NCBI GenBank assembly: GCA_951406725.2
Contig: OX597814.1
Span: 43,958,001-44,022,000, forward strand
DNA length: 64,000 nt
From: Octopus vulgaris
Taxonomy: Eukaryota
Direction: 5' to 3'
The position numbers and the translations under genes are program-made. Shown here piece after piece: positions 1 to 13,500 of this stretch (the stretch's first letter is position 1; each line of letters starts with the position of its first letter). A model generated the notes under the pieces. The model searched no databases and had not been told where the DNA came from. It was given only the letters and a program-made list of their open reading frames with translations.

Positions 1-635
1 GCTAAAACGGAATAATCAATCTTTATCGGTCCTCGCCTTTAACGAGACATCCGCATTATTGAAATTCTACTGTTTCACCAATTTTGTTCATTTATTGTAG
101 TTCACTTTTCTTTTGCTATGTGACGTTGGTAATTTCTATTCCTATAATTCGCCCCAATCTAATTGTGCAGCCGTAATATTTTGGTGTTTCCTTTACGTAT
201 TTAGTTAATCTGTTCTACTGTCACCTCAGATTTATATTATTGTTACTGTTGCTTATTCTATTGACGGTTTTCCACTATTATTTGTTTTGAAGCTTGTTTC
301 TTATAACAACATATGCAGGATTTTCGACGCTTGTAGCTGGCACTTTCTATATTTGATTTATTCTTCATCTACAGGTGTACTATCTGTTAACCTACTTGAT
401 ATTACTATTGAAGTTGTTAAAATTTGCTCTAAATTCAAATTGTCTAAACTTTATAAAATGTCTTCTATAATTACCACCGTTAAAAATATAACATCTGAGA
501 TTGAAATTTCGGGTTGATAAATTAACCTTATTTCAGCATACGGAAGTCACATTTACGAAAATTATTCGGTGGGACAATTAAATTTCTCGAATGCATACTT
601 AATGATGAACAACATTGACCTTCAGAGATACTTTT

Positions 636-829
636 TTCAGAGAAACTTAGATACAGATGAATATGGTACTTAAGTCAAAGGCACCAGAACTTTGTATGGT
701 ATTATCCATATAAATCCATGAATTTATGTGGATAATAATCACCCCATGGATTTATATGGATAATACCATACCAAATTCTGGTGCCTTTTACTTAAGTACC
801 ATATTCATCTGAATCTAAATTTTGCTGAA
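636..829. repeat. Fold-back inverted repeat (~85-bp arms, ~24-nt spacer)
   Basis: 636-720 (ttcagagaaacttagatacagatgaatatggtact...taaatccatg) is the near-perfect reverse complement of 745-829; abuts a (TA)n tract. Confidence 0.9.
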
Positions 830-837
830 CTTATATA

Positions 838-880
<43 letters not shown>

Positions 881-1073
881 TAAATTAGAGATAATTTAAT
901 ATTTATATATTTTGAATTTTATATGAATTAATTTTATTTCTATGTTTTGGATTATGTTTTTCATTGGTTGATTTGCCTAATAGTGGTTTTATCTCTAATT
1001 TAATTTATATTTATACTGTAAAATTAGATTTAATTCTAGATCTAATTTTTCCCTGTAAGTTTGGATTTACTCC

Positions 1074-1116
<43 letters not shown>

Positions 1117-1799
1117 ATATATATATATACATACACACGCACAAACACACACATATGTTTATTAATATCTCCGTTTACTTTTGATATTAGGCTGTCATTA
1201 GATAGAGTACTCGTCATGTTGACCCTTTTTACGCAAAACAATTCACTATATATATATATATATATATATATACATAGGATTAAAAGAACGGAAAAGAAAG
1301 AAAACATAAGGGAGTGAGAATAAAGAGGAATTTAAGCAAGGTCATTAGACCGGTTGTGTTCAATAGGACTATTTTAGCCGAATCACAGAAATAAGGAAGG
1401 GCAGTGGTATTTGAAATGAAGATAATGCAGAGGGGAGTAGGTGTGAAAATATATTTGGTCATGGGTGTGAAAACGTTTGCATGCAGAAGAAAGCAAATTA
1501 GAATAGCATGAATCGTGTATATTGTGTGCGGTGAGTGTGTTTACTGTAATGAAATAATAAAGGTGTATGTTGGCTTCTGTATTTGTAAGATTACAAATGA
1601 GTGTTAGGAGGGGGACGCAGGTGAAATAAGAAAAAAAATAATTTCTAAATGGTAAGGAAATATACAGGAGAGAAGGTTGTAAATTAAAGGGAAGAATAAG
1701 AGAGAAAAAAAATATAAATGGTAAGGAACGATACATAAACAAATATGTAAGTGACAAAAATGTATTACATGGAAGATATAAAGTTGGTTTAGCATATAA

Positions 1800-2782
1800 T
1801 AGTAGTGAGGGAAAATTTATGAAAGTTAGTGGGAAATGTAGGGGTGGTTGGTTGGTATTTGTATTTTGAGAACTGATTTAGTGATCTATGTTTGCAGGTA
1901 AAAATTATACTGCTGCCTTCACTAAGACAATCAGTGGATTGCAAAATAGCTAACACCTTGGATATGGAGAGATCACGCATGTCATTACATCTGCTGTATG
2001 GTTTGGCGTCGGTGAGTATGGACCACTTGAGAGTGTAAGGAGTTGCATCAATCTTTACTTTATTGATAAACCGAGATAACGGTGTATTCTTGGATTTTGT
2101 TTGGGACTGGAAACTGGATTAGTGGTTGCCCACTACTTTGAAGGTGGTGCTGCGCGAGCCGATATAGATGTAGTCGCAATTTGGAAATTGATACTGTACA
2201 CTGTAAACGATATTTTTTTTATGTGAGACAGCAGTTACCTAAAGGACAGGAGGCTGGGCGCCAGAAGCTGTAGTGGGTGTTCCGGATGAACTTGTGAGGG
2301 AATTGTTATTTAGTGAGGAACCGGTGTTAGGTAAATTTTTATTGCAGGCGTTAAGATTAGTGTTTGTTAGGGAGTTGAGGGTGGTGTTTTGGGGGTTATA
2401 TGACGTGATAATTATCGTGCCCGGTGTTTTTCTTTGTTTCTGCAAGAAGTATATTTGGGCGTTGTGGTAAATTGAAGGATAGGGTGTTAGTAGTGGAATT
2501 ATAGTTAGAATTATGAGGGTTAGAGTTTTTAAGTGGACCAGCAGGTGTTTTGGGCTTTACATGTATGGAACTGGGGGTTATGTTGAATGACGTTATGAAC
2601 GTAGCTTCTTGTTGTTCATATGTCGGATAACTCCGGTGATGTTGGTGGTGGTGGAATAGGACAATTTTATAGATTGCGGGATAAATATTTTTCTAACGCG
2701 GCTAGATTTAGGGAAATGTTATTCGAGTAGGGCGTCGAAGAGTTTAGGTACTCGAGTCTGAACATTAAGGGCGAGGGTAGGG
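1800..2782 (-). mobile_element. Decayed Penelope-like element, Cys-rich linker plus GIY-YIG endonuclease
   Basis: Minus-strand frameshifted translation gives RPASCPLGNCCL..KNIVYSVQYQFPNCDYIYIG..TFK..NTPLSRFI..LKWSILTDAKPY..TCKHR, matching the PLE C-terminal GIY-YIG domain. Confidence 0.8.
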
Positions 2783-2808
2783 TCTTAACCACTACGTCAT
2801 ATACCCAC

Positions 2809-2882
2809 GGGAATATGGCGTAGTGGTTAAGAGCGCAGGCTACTAACCCCAAGATTCCGAGTTCGATTCCAGGAAGTGACCC

Positions 2883-2961
<79 letters not shown>

Positions 2962-3175
2962 AAGAAGAAGAAGAAGAAGAAGAAGAAGAAGATCGAAAAA
3001 TACCTTAGGAATACGGTTTGAAATTTCCCCAAGACACCTGATGAAGGCTGGGGGTATATCAGCCGAAACGTTGTGTCAACAACAAACAAGACGAGGACAA
3101 ATATCCGTCAAATGTAAATGATGTAAATAATGTAAATAATGTACATAATTCCTCATCTCTTAAACATAGAACTGT
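2809..3175 (+). mobile_element. tRNA-derived SINE-like element with internal (AAT)n(AAG)n tract and hammerhead ribozyme
   Basis: A box TGGCGTAGTGG 2816-2826, B box GAGTTCGATTCC 2859-2870, microsatellite 2884-2991, HHR 3033-3077, TGTAAATAA-type repeat tail 3111-3149. Confidence 0.8.
3033..3077 (+). ncRNA. Minimal type I hammerhead ribozyme
   Basis: Stem I gacac/gtgtc, core CTGATGA, stem II ggctg/cagcc, GAAA, palindromic AACGTT stem III, GUU cleavage triplet. Confidence 0.85.
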
Positions 3176-3699
3176 AAGACACATTGAGTACAGAACGTCA
3201 CCAACGAGCGAAAAACAAGTAAACGCATGATTGATAAGTACAGGACAAAATACCAAAAATACTCATGAAGAACAGGAGATCAACAAGTGAAAAAACTTAA
3301 ACAAATAAGCATTTTAACTTTTTGGATGATTTTCGGTTAAAATTGGCGGTTTGTTTTGGCTGTCGATAGGACTGCGATTGCGCAGAGAAATTTTGAAAAG
3401 TTACTTCGTGTAGTCAGCAGGCATATAGCGGGTCCCTGTCTTCTGTCTTACATGTTTTAACCCCAGGTTGGCCCTCGTTGAGAAAGATCAGACCTTTTGA
3501 CTTCCTATGACTCGCTAAAAGAAGATCAGAAACCAATATTGGTGCGGGGTAATAAATGGTAAATGTTTTTCATTTTCAAATCTTTGTTCCTGTCGAATCT
3601 TATCCATTATTTTTGTGGCTCTCTAATGCGCCGAATCTTCACCCTAGGTGTAGATTCCTTATGTGTATAAAATATATATATATATATTGGTAATTAGTA

Positions 3700-4600
3700 A
3701 GGGATTTCTCCAAATGCTTACCGGTTTGCTTACAGTTAGATATTTCAAATAGGTTATCGAACGATTAATATATAATTCCAGAAATAATTCTCATGAGATA
3801 AGAATTTAGAGATATATTCCGTTGGATAATTCTAAATATATTACTTTAGTTACTCGAAATATATTGCTGGTAAGCAAGTAAATAATAATCTTTCCACACT
3901 ATTCAATATAGGAATAGAAACATATTTTCCTATAAATCATATATGCTATAGACATTTTAATAAACATAAGTTCCATATGGATTTTACTAACAATAAAAAT
4001 ATTGCACAAATAATAGCAACACACGGCGTAAAAATGATATAGAAATTCTAAGAAGCTATTCTACTCAGTGTAGCATAGAATGATAATGTCAGAATAATAA
4101 TGTCAATAATTCAGAATAATAATGTCAAATGGAATAATAATAAAACATAACTCAAATAGACGAAACACGAAGGATTTAAAATTCTCCGAAATGGAAACAG
4201 CCCAATGTAACATAGTTAACACCGTACAATTGAATAAAAATCAGCTAGAAATAGAACAAATGTAAAGTTATATGAAAGAATAGATAGTAATAATTAACTT
4301 GAAAGAAATGAATTTGGTTTCTAACATGGATGATCAAGTTGATATTAAATCCGAGAGAAATATCAAAAATTATCTCTGCAATTGTTCCAAACGGAAATTC
4401 TGTTATGTGAATAATAAATGTAAAACTAAAAATGCAATATTTAGATATAAAGATGCATCTAAAGGTAATGAATACTTTTACATACTTGAATTGAAGACAG
4501 TTCGCGTCTAAATTAAGGAACAAATCCACATTACACAACGGAGAAATATTAAATAGTTAAATCACAGGATATCAAAGTGAAGAATCTGAAGAAACTGTAC
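3700..4600 (+). mobile_element. Decayed Penelope-like element fragment (post-RT linker plus start of GIY-YIG)
   Basis: YFPINHICYRHFNKHKFHMDFTNNKNIAQIIATH, then NYLCNCSKRKFCYVNNKCKTKNAIFRY...YFYI (CxC..C..C motif preceding GIY-YIG). Confidence 0.7.
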
Positions 4601-4629
4601 CTGTATTATTGTACTGCTGCAAAGGCTAC

Positions 4630-4693
<64 letters not shown>

Positions 4694-4965
4694 AGTCAGT
4701 AAATGGTGGGGTTGTGTTAACCGCACGTGAAGAAATGATAGGAGAGGCAAAAAGGTGAACAAATTGTAAATTTCTTTTTTCCCCTTCCTCAATTTAGAAA
4801 AAAATACCCCTTCCAGATCCCGAAAATTTGCCTTGCCATGGAAGCTGGTTTGATTTCTTTTTTAATTTTTCATACACCCATTTTGATTAAAACTTACTTT
4901 CAATCTAACATTCTGCCATATTAGTTTTTCTTCTCCTGTATTTATATATATACATACATACACAC

Positions 4966-5052
<87 letters not shown>

Positions 5053-5108
5053 GAGTTAAAGATAATGTTATGACTCTTCGTAATCATCATTATTATTATT
5101 ATTTATTT

Positions 5109-6850
5109 TTAATCTGTGTGTTTGCTACACACCCGGCGTCCTAGGGCGAATGAAGGATAATAAATGTTACAGTATGATCGAAAGCTTGGGGATAGGAAGT
5201 GGAAGGGCAGAAGTGAAATATTTTCATGTAATACAATACAGGGTTTTCTAAGGATTTGGTCAGTACTTGTTAGCTGAATCTTTTGGATTTCTCTGAGACA
5301 TGGTACTCCTGGGATATTATCTAGATGTCTTTGACATTCCTTTATTATCATGCCTAGAACACCCACAAGAACAGGAACACTTCTCGCTTTAAAATGCCAC
5401 ATCACTTGTATTTCAATTACCAGGTACTTATATTTACTTTATTTGTCAAGTTCCTTTACAGATATATTTTTATCAGTGGGAACACTTACATTTTTTAGTT
5501 TACAAGTATTGTCTTCCATGTCTTTAATGGTTATGACTGGTTGATTACCCAGAATCGTTCCGTCGGTGTTGACTGGAAAATCTCAGAAGATAGCGACATT
5601 TTTATCTTCAACAACTGCCTCAGGTTGATGTTCATACCAGTATGCAGGAGTATACATATTTTCCAATGTAAATACTGTCCTACACTACTGTGGCAATTTT
5701 TGTATTCGTTTGGTCTCAGCACAGAACGTCCGGAGACGAGATGGTCTATTGTTTCGTCAACTGTATTGCAGAATCTACATTTAGGGTTAGAAGCGTTTTG
5801 AAGAACGTTCGTTTGGTAGTTTTTGGTAAGTAAGCATTGATCTTGTGTTGCTAATATGAAATCTTCAGTCTTTGCTTCAAATCTTGAGTTTCTTAGCCAC
5901 TTAGCTTTTTGGCTTCGAAATATATACTGTCCATGCAAAAGCTTCTGACTCCTCCGCTCCTCAATTTGTTTCTGCCTTGGTTTTTTTTTTTTTTTGCAGT
6001 CTGTGTGATCCGTTTTCGCCGTTTGATGGCAGTGGTTTCAGATTCTTCATCTAATTTTGGCTTATTGCCGAGTTCCCTTGCGAATTTGCAAGCTTCCTTG
6101 ACAAGAGAATGTCATTTTTGCTGTTTTTGTGTTTGCACACATGCCTCAGTATCCAGTCATGTGTACCAGATAAGTACTCGTTCATAGCTATTCTTGAGAT
6201 CTTATAGCACAGTTCTACCTGTATCAATCCTCTTACCCCATTACTTCTAGGTAGCTACAGACGATCAACGTCTGCTTCTTGGTAGTGCATGTTCTTAGAG
6301 GATATTAGCTTTCCCATCTTTCTGTCAATTCGTTGGAGTTATGTAAGATTCCAAACTGTATTGGATTAGTTGAAGTATCGGGGTATCAATGGCATCGATG
6401 CAAATTTTAGAGTTAAGTTCACTTTTAAGTATGAGTCTCACTCTCCTGTATTTCTCCTTTCTTATATTTTCTTTCATGGTAGCATATTGTGTACCATTTC
6501 CTTCGTTTACCCGCAGATGTCTATAGTTTTCTTATGGGTTGAGCTCCTCGATGGTAGTATAGTTATCTAATCTAATGGAAACTGTTTGCTTGAGGCTGCC
6601 TCTTAAAAAGTTGCTTTAGCACACTTATCAACGCCAAAATCCATTATGAAATCGTTAACAGTTTTTAATAACCCTACTGGCTCTTCGACATTCCTACCAA
6701 ACAGCTTCGGATTGCCCATATAAAACAGATGGTTTACTATATTATACATCTTGAGACAGTATCTGGTGTTAGTTCGTTTGAGAGTGGGATCAGTACCAAG
6801 CAAAAGAGTAATGGGGAGAGGGAATCACCTTGAAAGATGCCTCGTTTGAG
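5109..6850 (-). mobile_element. R4/Dong-type RLE non-LTR retrotransposon fragment (RT end, CCHC, RLE nuclease)
   Basis: NHLFYM..KLF..FGVDKCAK; HGQY..ETEDFILATQDQ..KCRFC..ETIDHLVSG..YLHWKIC; MWHFKARSVPVLVGVLG; 3' end abuts an (ATT)n tract. Confidence 0.85.
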
Positions 6851-6979
6851 TTAATGTTGTTAGATTGGCTCATCCCATTACTATGGTGTAGAAGGAGATG
6901 TATATTACACTTGGCTATGCTAACGAGTAAGAATTAGAAGACGACAGTAGAGATCTTATATATTATTTTTTTATCACAG

Positions 6980-7240
6980 GTTTTGTTCGAGCACCTGGAG
7001 TTTTGTATGCGTAACAAGATATACAACCTATAGCCAACGGTACAGCGGTATCCCTTCTTTTCAGCTATCTAATAATTTCCTGGTTATTCTGGCCGTGTCA
7101 AGCAGACAAATCTTCTACAACATTTCTACTGGGCATTCTATTCTAATTTACTTAATATTCCTCTTGATGCATTCTGATACAGTTCCCAAGGACCCAACAA
7201 TAATTGGCACTAGCTTCACCTTCATTTTCTATAGCAGTCT
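6980..7240 (-). mobile_element. Short 3' end of a second R4/Dong-type LINE
   Basis: KVKLVPIIVGSLGTVS..KICLLDTARITRKLL C-terminal motif. Confidence 0.7.
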
Positions 7241-7257
7241 TTTTCCTACTGAAGAGG

Positions 7258-7357
7258 GTTGTTGTTGTTGTTGTTGTTGTTGTTCTTCTTCTTCTTCTTC
7301 TTCTTCTTCTTCTTCTTCTTCTTCTTCTTCTTCTTCTTCCCTTACTATTATTATTAC

Positions 7358-7402
<45 letters not shown>

Positions 7403-7420
7403 CATCATCATCATCATCGT

Positions 7421-7483
<63 letters not shown>

Positions 7484-7494
7484 TATTATTATTA

Positions 7495-7582
<88 letters not shown>

Positions 7583-7606
7583 CATTATTATTATCGTCAT
7601 CATCAT
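7258..7606. repeat. Compound trinucleotide microsatellite (GTT)n(CTT)n(ATT)n(ATC)n(ATT)n
   Basis: Directly visible; source of homopolymeric ORFs. Confidence 0.97.
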
Positions 7607-7639
7607 ATAAACACAACATACTAGACTGTTGGAAAAATA

Positions 7640-10050
7640 AGCAGTCTAACATCGGGCTACAACAAGTATACTTAGATACCAAGAACCCTACTAAGTATCC
7701 TAGCTGTCCCTAATAACACTGTTTTCTGCGGCTGTACTAAACTAGGTTTTATGACTGTTTCCTCTATCCATTTGTCAGATTTTTAGTGATAGTTCCCAAT
7801 TCCCCTATAACTACTGGGATACATTTTAGCCACGGATTCCATAGTCTATGGAATTGAATAGCTACGTCCTGGTACTTTGCTATTTTTCTATACCCCACAT
7901 ATTAATGTTTTCGTCATTTGGGAATGTAAAATCAATTATCTGGCACTTTCTATTCCATTTATCTACAACTACCAAATCAGGTGTTCAAGCATCCATTAAA
8001 TTGTCAGTCTGAAAGTTGAAGTCGCACAATATCTTATATTTCTTACTTTCTAGCACTTTACTAGGTTTATGTTCATATCATTTATCAGTATGTTCAAATC
8101 CTAGCTTTCTGCAAAGCTACCTGCGGATCGCTCTCCCTAGATTGTCTTGTCCTTTTTTGTATTCTTTCTGTGCCAGCATGCTACATTCACTTACTATGCG
8201 AGTAACGCCGTTCTCTTTTGATTTGCATAATCTACATTGGGAATCTACTTGTTTTTTTTTGTCTATCTTGGCTTTTATCCAATTAGTACTTACTGTTTGA
8301 TGTTGTGCAGTCACTAACAACCTTTCTGTCTCCCTCTTCATCTTTCCTTTCTGCAAACATAACCGTGTCTCACTACCACTATTTGCTGCAACTATCTTTG
8401 GTAATCTACCATGCAACGCCTTCTCCAGCCAGTTATCTAATTTCTGTTCTTTTCTCTGATTTTAACTTCGTTTGGGTTTTTGGTTTCCCTATGTCTTGCT
8501 GTGACACTCGCAGCATTTAATAAACTTTTTTCACTATTGCCTACATAGGAGTCTATATCCACTCTAGCTAACTCCACGCAGTCTTCTATTGATATTAACC
8601 CTTTTCCGCCTTCTTTTCTAGATAGAAATGCTTGATCTTAATGCTTGATCTTGTGAAGCTACTAACAAACTTTCTGTCTCCCTCTTCAACTTTCGCTTCT
8701 GCAGCCATATCCATGTCTCACTACTATTATTTGCTGCAATTCTCTTTGGAAATCTACCATGCAAATCCTTCTCCTGCCAGTCATTTAATTTCTGGGTTTG
8801 TTTTTCGCTTTTTAACTTCTTTTGGAATTTTGGTTCCCCTTTGCCTTGCAGTGATTCTCGCAGCTTTTAATCAACTTTGTTTACTGTTGCCTACATAGAA
8901 ATCTATACATACTCTAGGTAACTCTACGCATTCTTTCACGATATTAACTCTCTTCCACCTTCCTTTCTAGGTAGGTATAATCTTGCTACATCTGCCGTTG
9001 GGTGAAGTCCTCTATTCATATTGAATTCCGTCCTAATTCTACTGTCTAGCTTTGCTAATTCAGATTTTATCCAATCTACAAAAGTTGCTGAGTATCTAAC
9101 TAATGAAACTACCCAATTATTTACAGCCTTCACTAAATTCGGACTGTTTTACTTTTACTTTATTAGCTTCCTCACGCTTCTGATGTGTTCCTTCCTAATT
9201 TTCGTTCTCAGTTCTATAGTTAGTAATCTTTCAGATTCTAACACTCCTACATACTTAAAACTCTCTCCTCCATTCAATGCTTGTAATGTTTGGCCATCTT
9301 GTAATAGGATGGTTTTGCTGTTGACTATCTGCCCCCTTCTCATGACTAATACTGTACACTTATCTATGCCAAGTCCCCCGCCTATATCTTTGATCAAGTG
9401 TCTTACAGTTTGTATTAAGGAATCTATCTCTTGTTTATTCTTACTGAAAAGCTGCATATCATCCAGGTAGAGCAAATGGTTAATTTTTCCCTTGCTGTTT
9501 CTTAATTGACATCCTGCCTTTGCCATCCTTAAAACTAAACTGAAGGGTATCAAATATCGAACAAATATTAAAGGGGACAACGTGGCTCCCTGGAAATCTC
9601 CTCTTCTTCTGTGTCCTCTTCTTTGTGTCACCTGAGTATAGATCTAATTTCTATTTATTCAAGCTAAAGCTAAATAATTCTCTTATGTTATCTGCTATAC
9701 TGCACATACTCGAACATTCATTTCCTCACTTAAATCACTTAAATCCCTGGTGCCAGTTGCCCCTTCTTTATTGGTATTAATATTTTTTCCTTTAGGTTCT
9801 TCTTTGGTTTGAGATGTATCTCTTATTTTGTTGCTTGTCTTTCCCACAGCCTTGTCTTTCTTTTCCAGTTCTCTTGTCATCTCTTCTACCTCGAATTCTA
9901 TCATCCACTTTCTTCTCATTATAGCATTAGCTTGATAAACTAATCTTTGCTTAGTCACTTTATACATCCCTTTCTCCACTCAAAATCTTAATAACCGTTT
10001 TTTATAGCCCCTTCTTTTAGGTTCACTTTCTAAGTATCACTGCATCACTA
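7640..10050 (-). mobile_element. R4/Dong-type LINE, internally deleted (N-terminal region, RT, CCHC, RLE)
   Basis: KQRLVYQANAIMRRKW; GDFQGATLSPLIF..NHLLYLDDMQLF..GIDKC..FKYVGV; RLYLPRKEGGR; ETERLLVTAQHQ..QCRLC; contains stops and frameshifts. Confidence 0.9.
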
Positions 10051-10322
10051 TCCTGATTTGTTCGCTGGTCCGCTTCCTCCTCCTTGCTCTATGATCTGAT
10101 GATGCTGTATTATCATGACAGGTGTGGTCAGTCTGCAACTTTGCTGATCCACTTCGCTGTCAAAACCGAAGTGTTTCGGAAATTCCTGTCTCTCATAAAC
10201 TGAGGTAGGGAAACGTTCGTCACCATCGTCATCACCACAATAATTTCTCGACATCTGAATGATTCAATCAACTTCCTATTGCATCATTTATTACACCTTT
10301 GTTTTGGTGTGGTTGTATGTGC

Positions 10323-10350
10323 ATTATTATTATTATTATTATTATTATTA

Positions 10351-10408
<58 letters not shown>

Positions 10409-10426
10409 TACTACTACTACTACTAT

Positions 10427-10478
<52 letters not shown>

Positions 10479-10532
10479 GCTACTGCTACTACTACTGCTA
10501 CTACTACTACTAATACTACTACTGCTACTACT
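10323..10532. repeat. Compound microsatellite (ATT)n(ACT)n
   Basis: Directly visible. Confidence 0.97.
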
Positions 10533-13500
10533 ATAAATATTGGTGCCCATATATTATTATTATTATATACATAGATACCCATTTGTATTATTACTATGCA
10601 CTTAGATGCCCAATAGTACCTATAGATTTTAACCAAGGATGGTTCCAAATATAGCGTATGCATAAAGATCCCAAGTGATGTTCAAAATTTTCAATGGCTG
10701 TTTCGGCAGTATTTTAATGATGCATTTTTAGATTACAATCAACTACCCAATTTATGCATAATTTTATATATAAGAAGATGTATATATGATTGCTGAAATA
10801 CAAATTGTGTTATGTGAATAATGTCTATATCAAGTAGATAATATATGCATAATATATGCATTCAGTATTCAGTATTTCTGCTGTATTTCTTCTTCATTTA
10901 GATATATTAAATTATGATAACAATCTACAACATAATTATACTATCTATAGGAAATGAAATTTCTATAATTTGTGAAGCGATTACATCAAATTTCTAAATT
11001 TAAAAAATGTAATTTCAATATATTTAGCCCGAAACAATTAGACTTATCATTCACCATCCAATCCGAAGCAATTGTTACCGTAGATTATTTGCTTTAATAA
11101 ACGAAATCGATTATTATGCAATAAAACAGCCAAAGAGGTCAGGAAGCAAAATTACAATTTGTGTGACTAGAATAAGTTGCTCACACGTAGGCAGACGAGA
11201 ATAATAAACATAAGCATTAATATTAGCTATATTAGAATTATAATCTAGGAAGTAATATTTCTATATAACGTTATTCACAAGAACTTTTGGAATTAAAAGT
11301 CAAAATAATCAATAACATTTTTAGATTTAATTAAAAGTAAGATGATTTCTAATATAATTCAAGATAATTTTACATCAGATTTATTTTTAATGCTTCAATG
11401 CAAGAGAGAAGACGAAGATACGGTAGCCAGTATTTATAGAAATGCAATAATAGAGAACTTAAAATTTCGATGCGGTTTTAGTTATAATTTTTAACAGAAA
11501 GAGGCATTCGGCCGTAAAAGCAGTTTTCCGAAAGCACATAAATGCAAATATCGAAATTTGCAAAGTGCATCCCACCCATAAAAAAATTGCAGAAAAAAGA
11601 ATTAGTGTTTTGCTCCAGCTTGGTCAGAATAGAAATGCTTAATATATGGCAAAAAGCAAAATTTTAAAGCAAATAATAATAACATAAGAAAAATTAGCCA
11701 AATCAATTTACCAGTTTTAATCCTAATGGGAAATATCTATTTTTAACTGTCAAGAAACCAAAATTCGATTCGTATACCGAATAATGATTTTAATCAACGA
11801 GAAAGGTAAGTCCGGTGAGGCGTATATAGACTTTCCTACACAAGAGTTTTAATATGTGTATATATGGCTCTATGTATTAGGGTATCCGTATGTCCTGTGA
11901 CTTATGCGTTTAAACTCGTTTCATTATGCACAGAAATACAAGTATAGAAATGCAACATTTTTCTATATTATACTTACATGCATACACACAAACATTCACA
12001 TAGATGTATGTGTGTATGTATGTACGTATGCATGTATGTATGTATGTATGTATGTATGTATATATGTATGTAAGTTTTGTATGATGAATTTTATCCATTA
12101 ACATAACATTAGGGTTAATGTGTACGAACTTTGGACGATTTATTTAGAACGAGGATTCTGAAAGAACGCATTAAAGGTCTACTATTTTCTTAGAATAACA
12201 TCACATCTCGTCAATAACACACTAGATACTACTTAACATATAACCACTGCCTAATTGTCTTTAGGATAAAAACGTTATATGATTTCTTTTTTAAGATATG
12301 AAATATTATAGCTGATAAGTGTTTGGCTATGCGATCGCGCTTTTGTATATCTATAAGTAGCAGAGTGAGAAAAACGAATTTAGAAAGAAAGTAAGTAAAG
12401 TATATTGTTGATAATATTGTCACATAGTCGATAGAGATAATCAGAGGTTATCAAGTATACGCCTCGGATTAAACATCTAAACAAAAAAAATATCATTATT
12501 GGTTCAAGTAATAATATACTTCAGGAGATCCAATATAGTTTGTGGCAGTATAGCTGTAGATAGATTGTGTATCATTTATTTCACCTTCACAGAATGTTTA
12601 ATACGGTTAATGGTCGAAGAAATAGATAGATGGTTAGTGAAATTCTATCGTAGATAGAATTTTGTACGTGTGTGTGTGCGCACCTCTTGGTGTCTGTGCG
12701 TGGTGGTGATGGGGGGGGGGGTCGAGATTCAATATCGAGATAAGTAAATATATTCATAAGTGTACGCCTGTAAAGTATGAAGATATATACCTATGTGTAT
12801 AATAGCTTCATAAACAACTAGTTTTGTAAGTGATTGTAAATAACACGATTTGTATAAACATACGCTAAATTGCTAGATAAACTGTTTGCCGTATATTTAA
12901 GTAAATTGTACAGGAATGTGGGTGACCACTAATTTATATAGATAGGTAGACACGTGTGTTTAGGGGACGCATAGAGCATTAAATATGTCCTTATTATTTG
13001 AAATAAACGAGAAGGGAATATAATGAACGCAATGTAATTTAAGATTTAGTATCATTCAAAAACGAGTACATTCTACATAGCAATTGTTTTCAATTCATAA
13101 TGTTTATTCCTTTTAGAGAAGCAACTAGCATGTATAAAAGTTCATAATATCCCTAAGTTTCGATTCTTTGATAGATGCTTGTCCTTTTCCTCAGAATGTT
13201 TGCTAGAACTTTGCAGATTACTATCAACGATAAGCAAAGATTGAATTACACAAAGAACACGAATACTGCATTGGATATCACAGTATAATATTTTACTTCT
13301 AAATATACCTCAAATCGTATTGCACTACAAATCTGTATATGCATAGCAATGTAGAGAATCAACAATCGGCATTTTAGTTAACTTTATATTGATTGATATG
13401 AAACCGATTACTTTGAAAACTATATAAAATTAAATGTTTTATGCCTTATATGTATCTTTATGTACATAAAAGAAAATATGAAATAGAAGTGATATAAACA

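Noticed and set aside
1-635. Possible decayed minus-strand TE coding sequence
   Set aside because: No motif could be recognised with confidence
2230-2275. Selenocysteine (UGA) recoding as described for some Naiad PLEs
   Set aside because: No in-frame TGA at the Cys positions examined here or at 4375-4425, and the copies are too decayed to judge
2809-2880. Possible genuine tRNA gene
   Set aside because: A and B boxes are present, but there is no convincing acceptor or anticodon stem pairing and it runs into a repeat body; treated as a SINE head
7095-7682. Long ORFs with poly-I/N/D/Y/H runs (also at 10.3, 32.6, 34.0, 57.9 and 63.3 kb)
   Set aside because: They are translations of microsatellites, not genes
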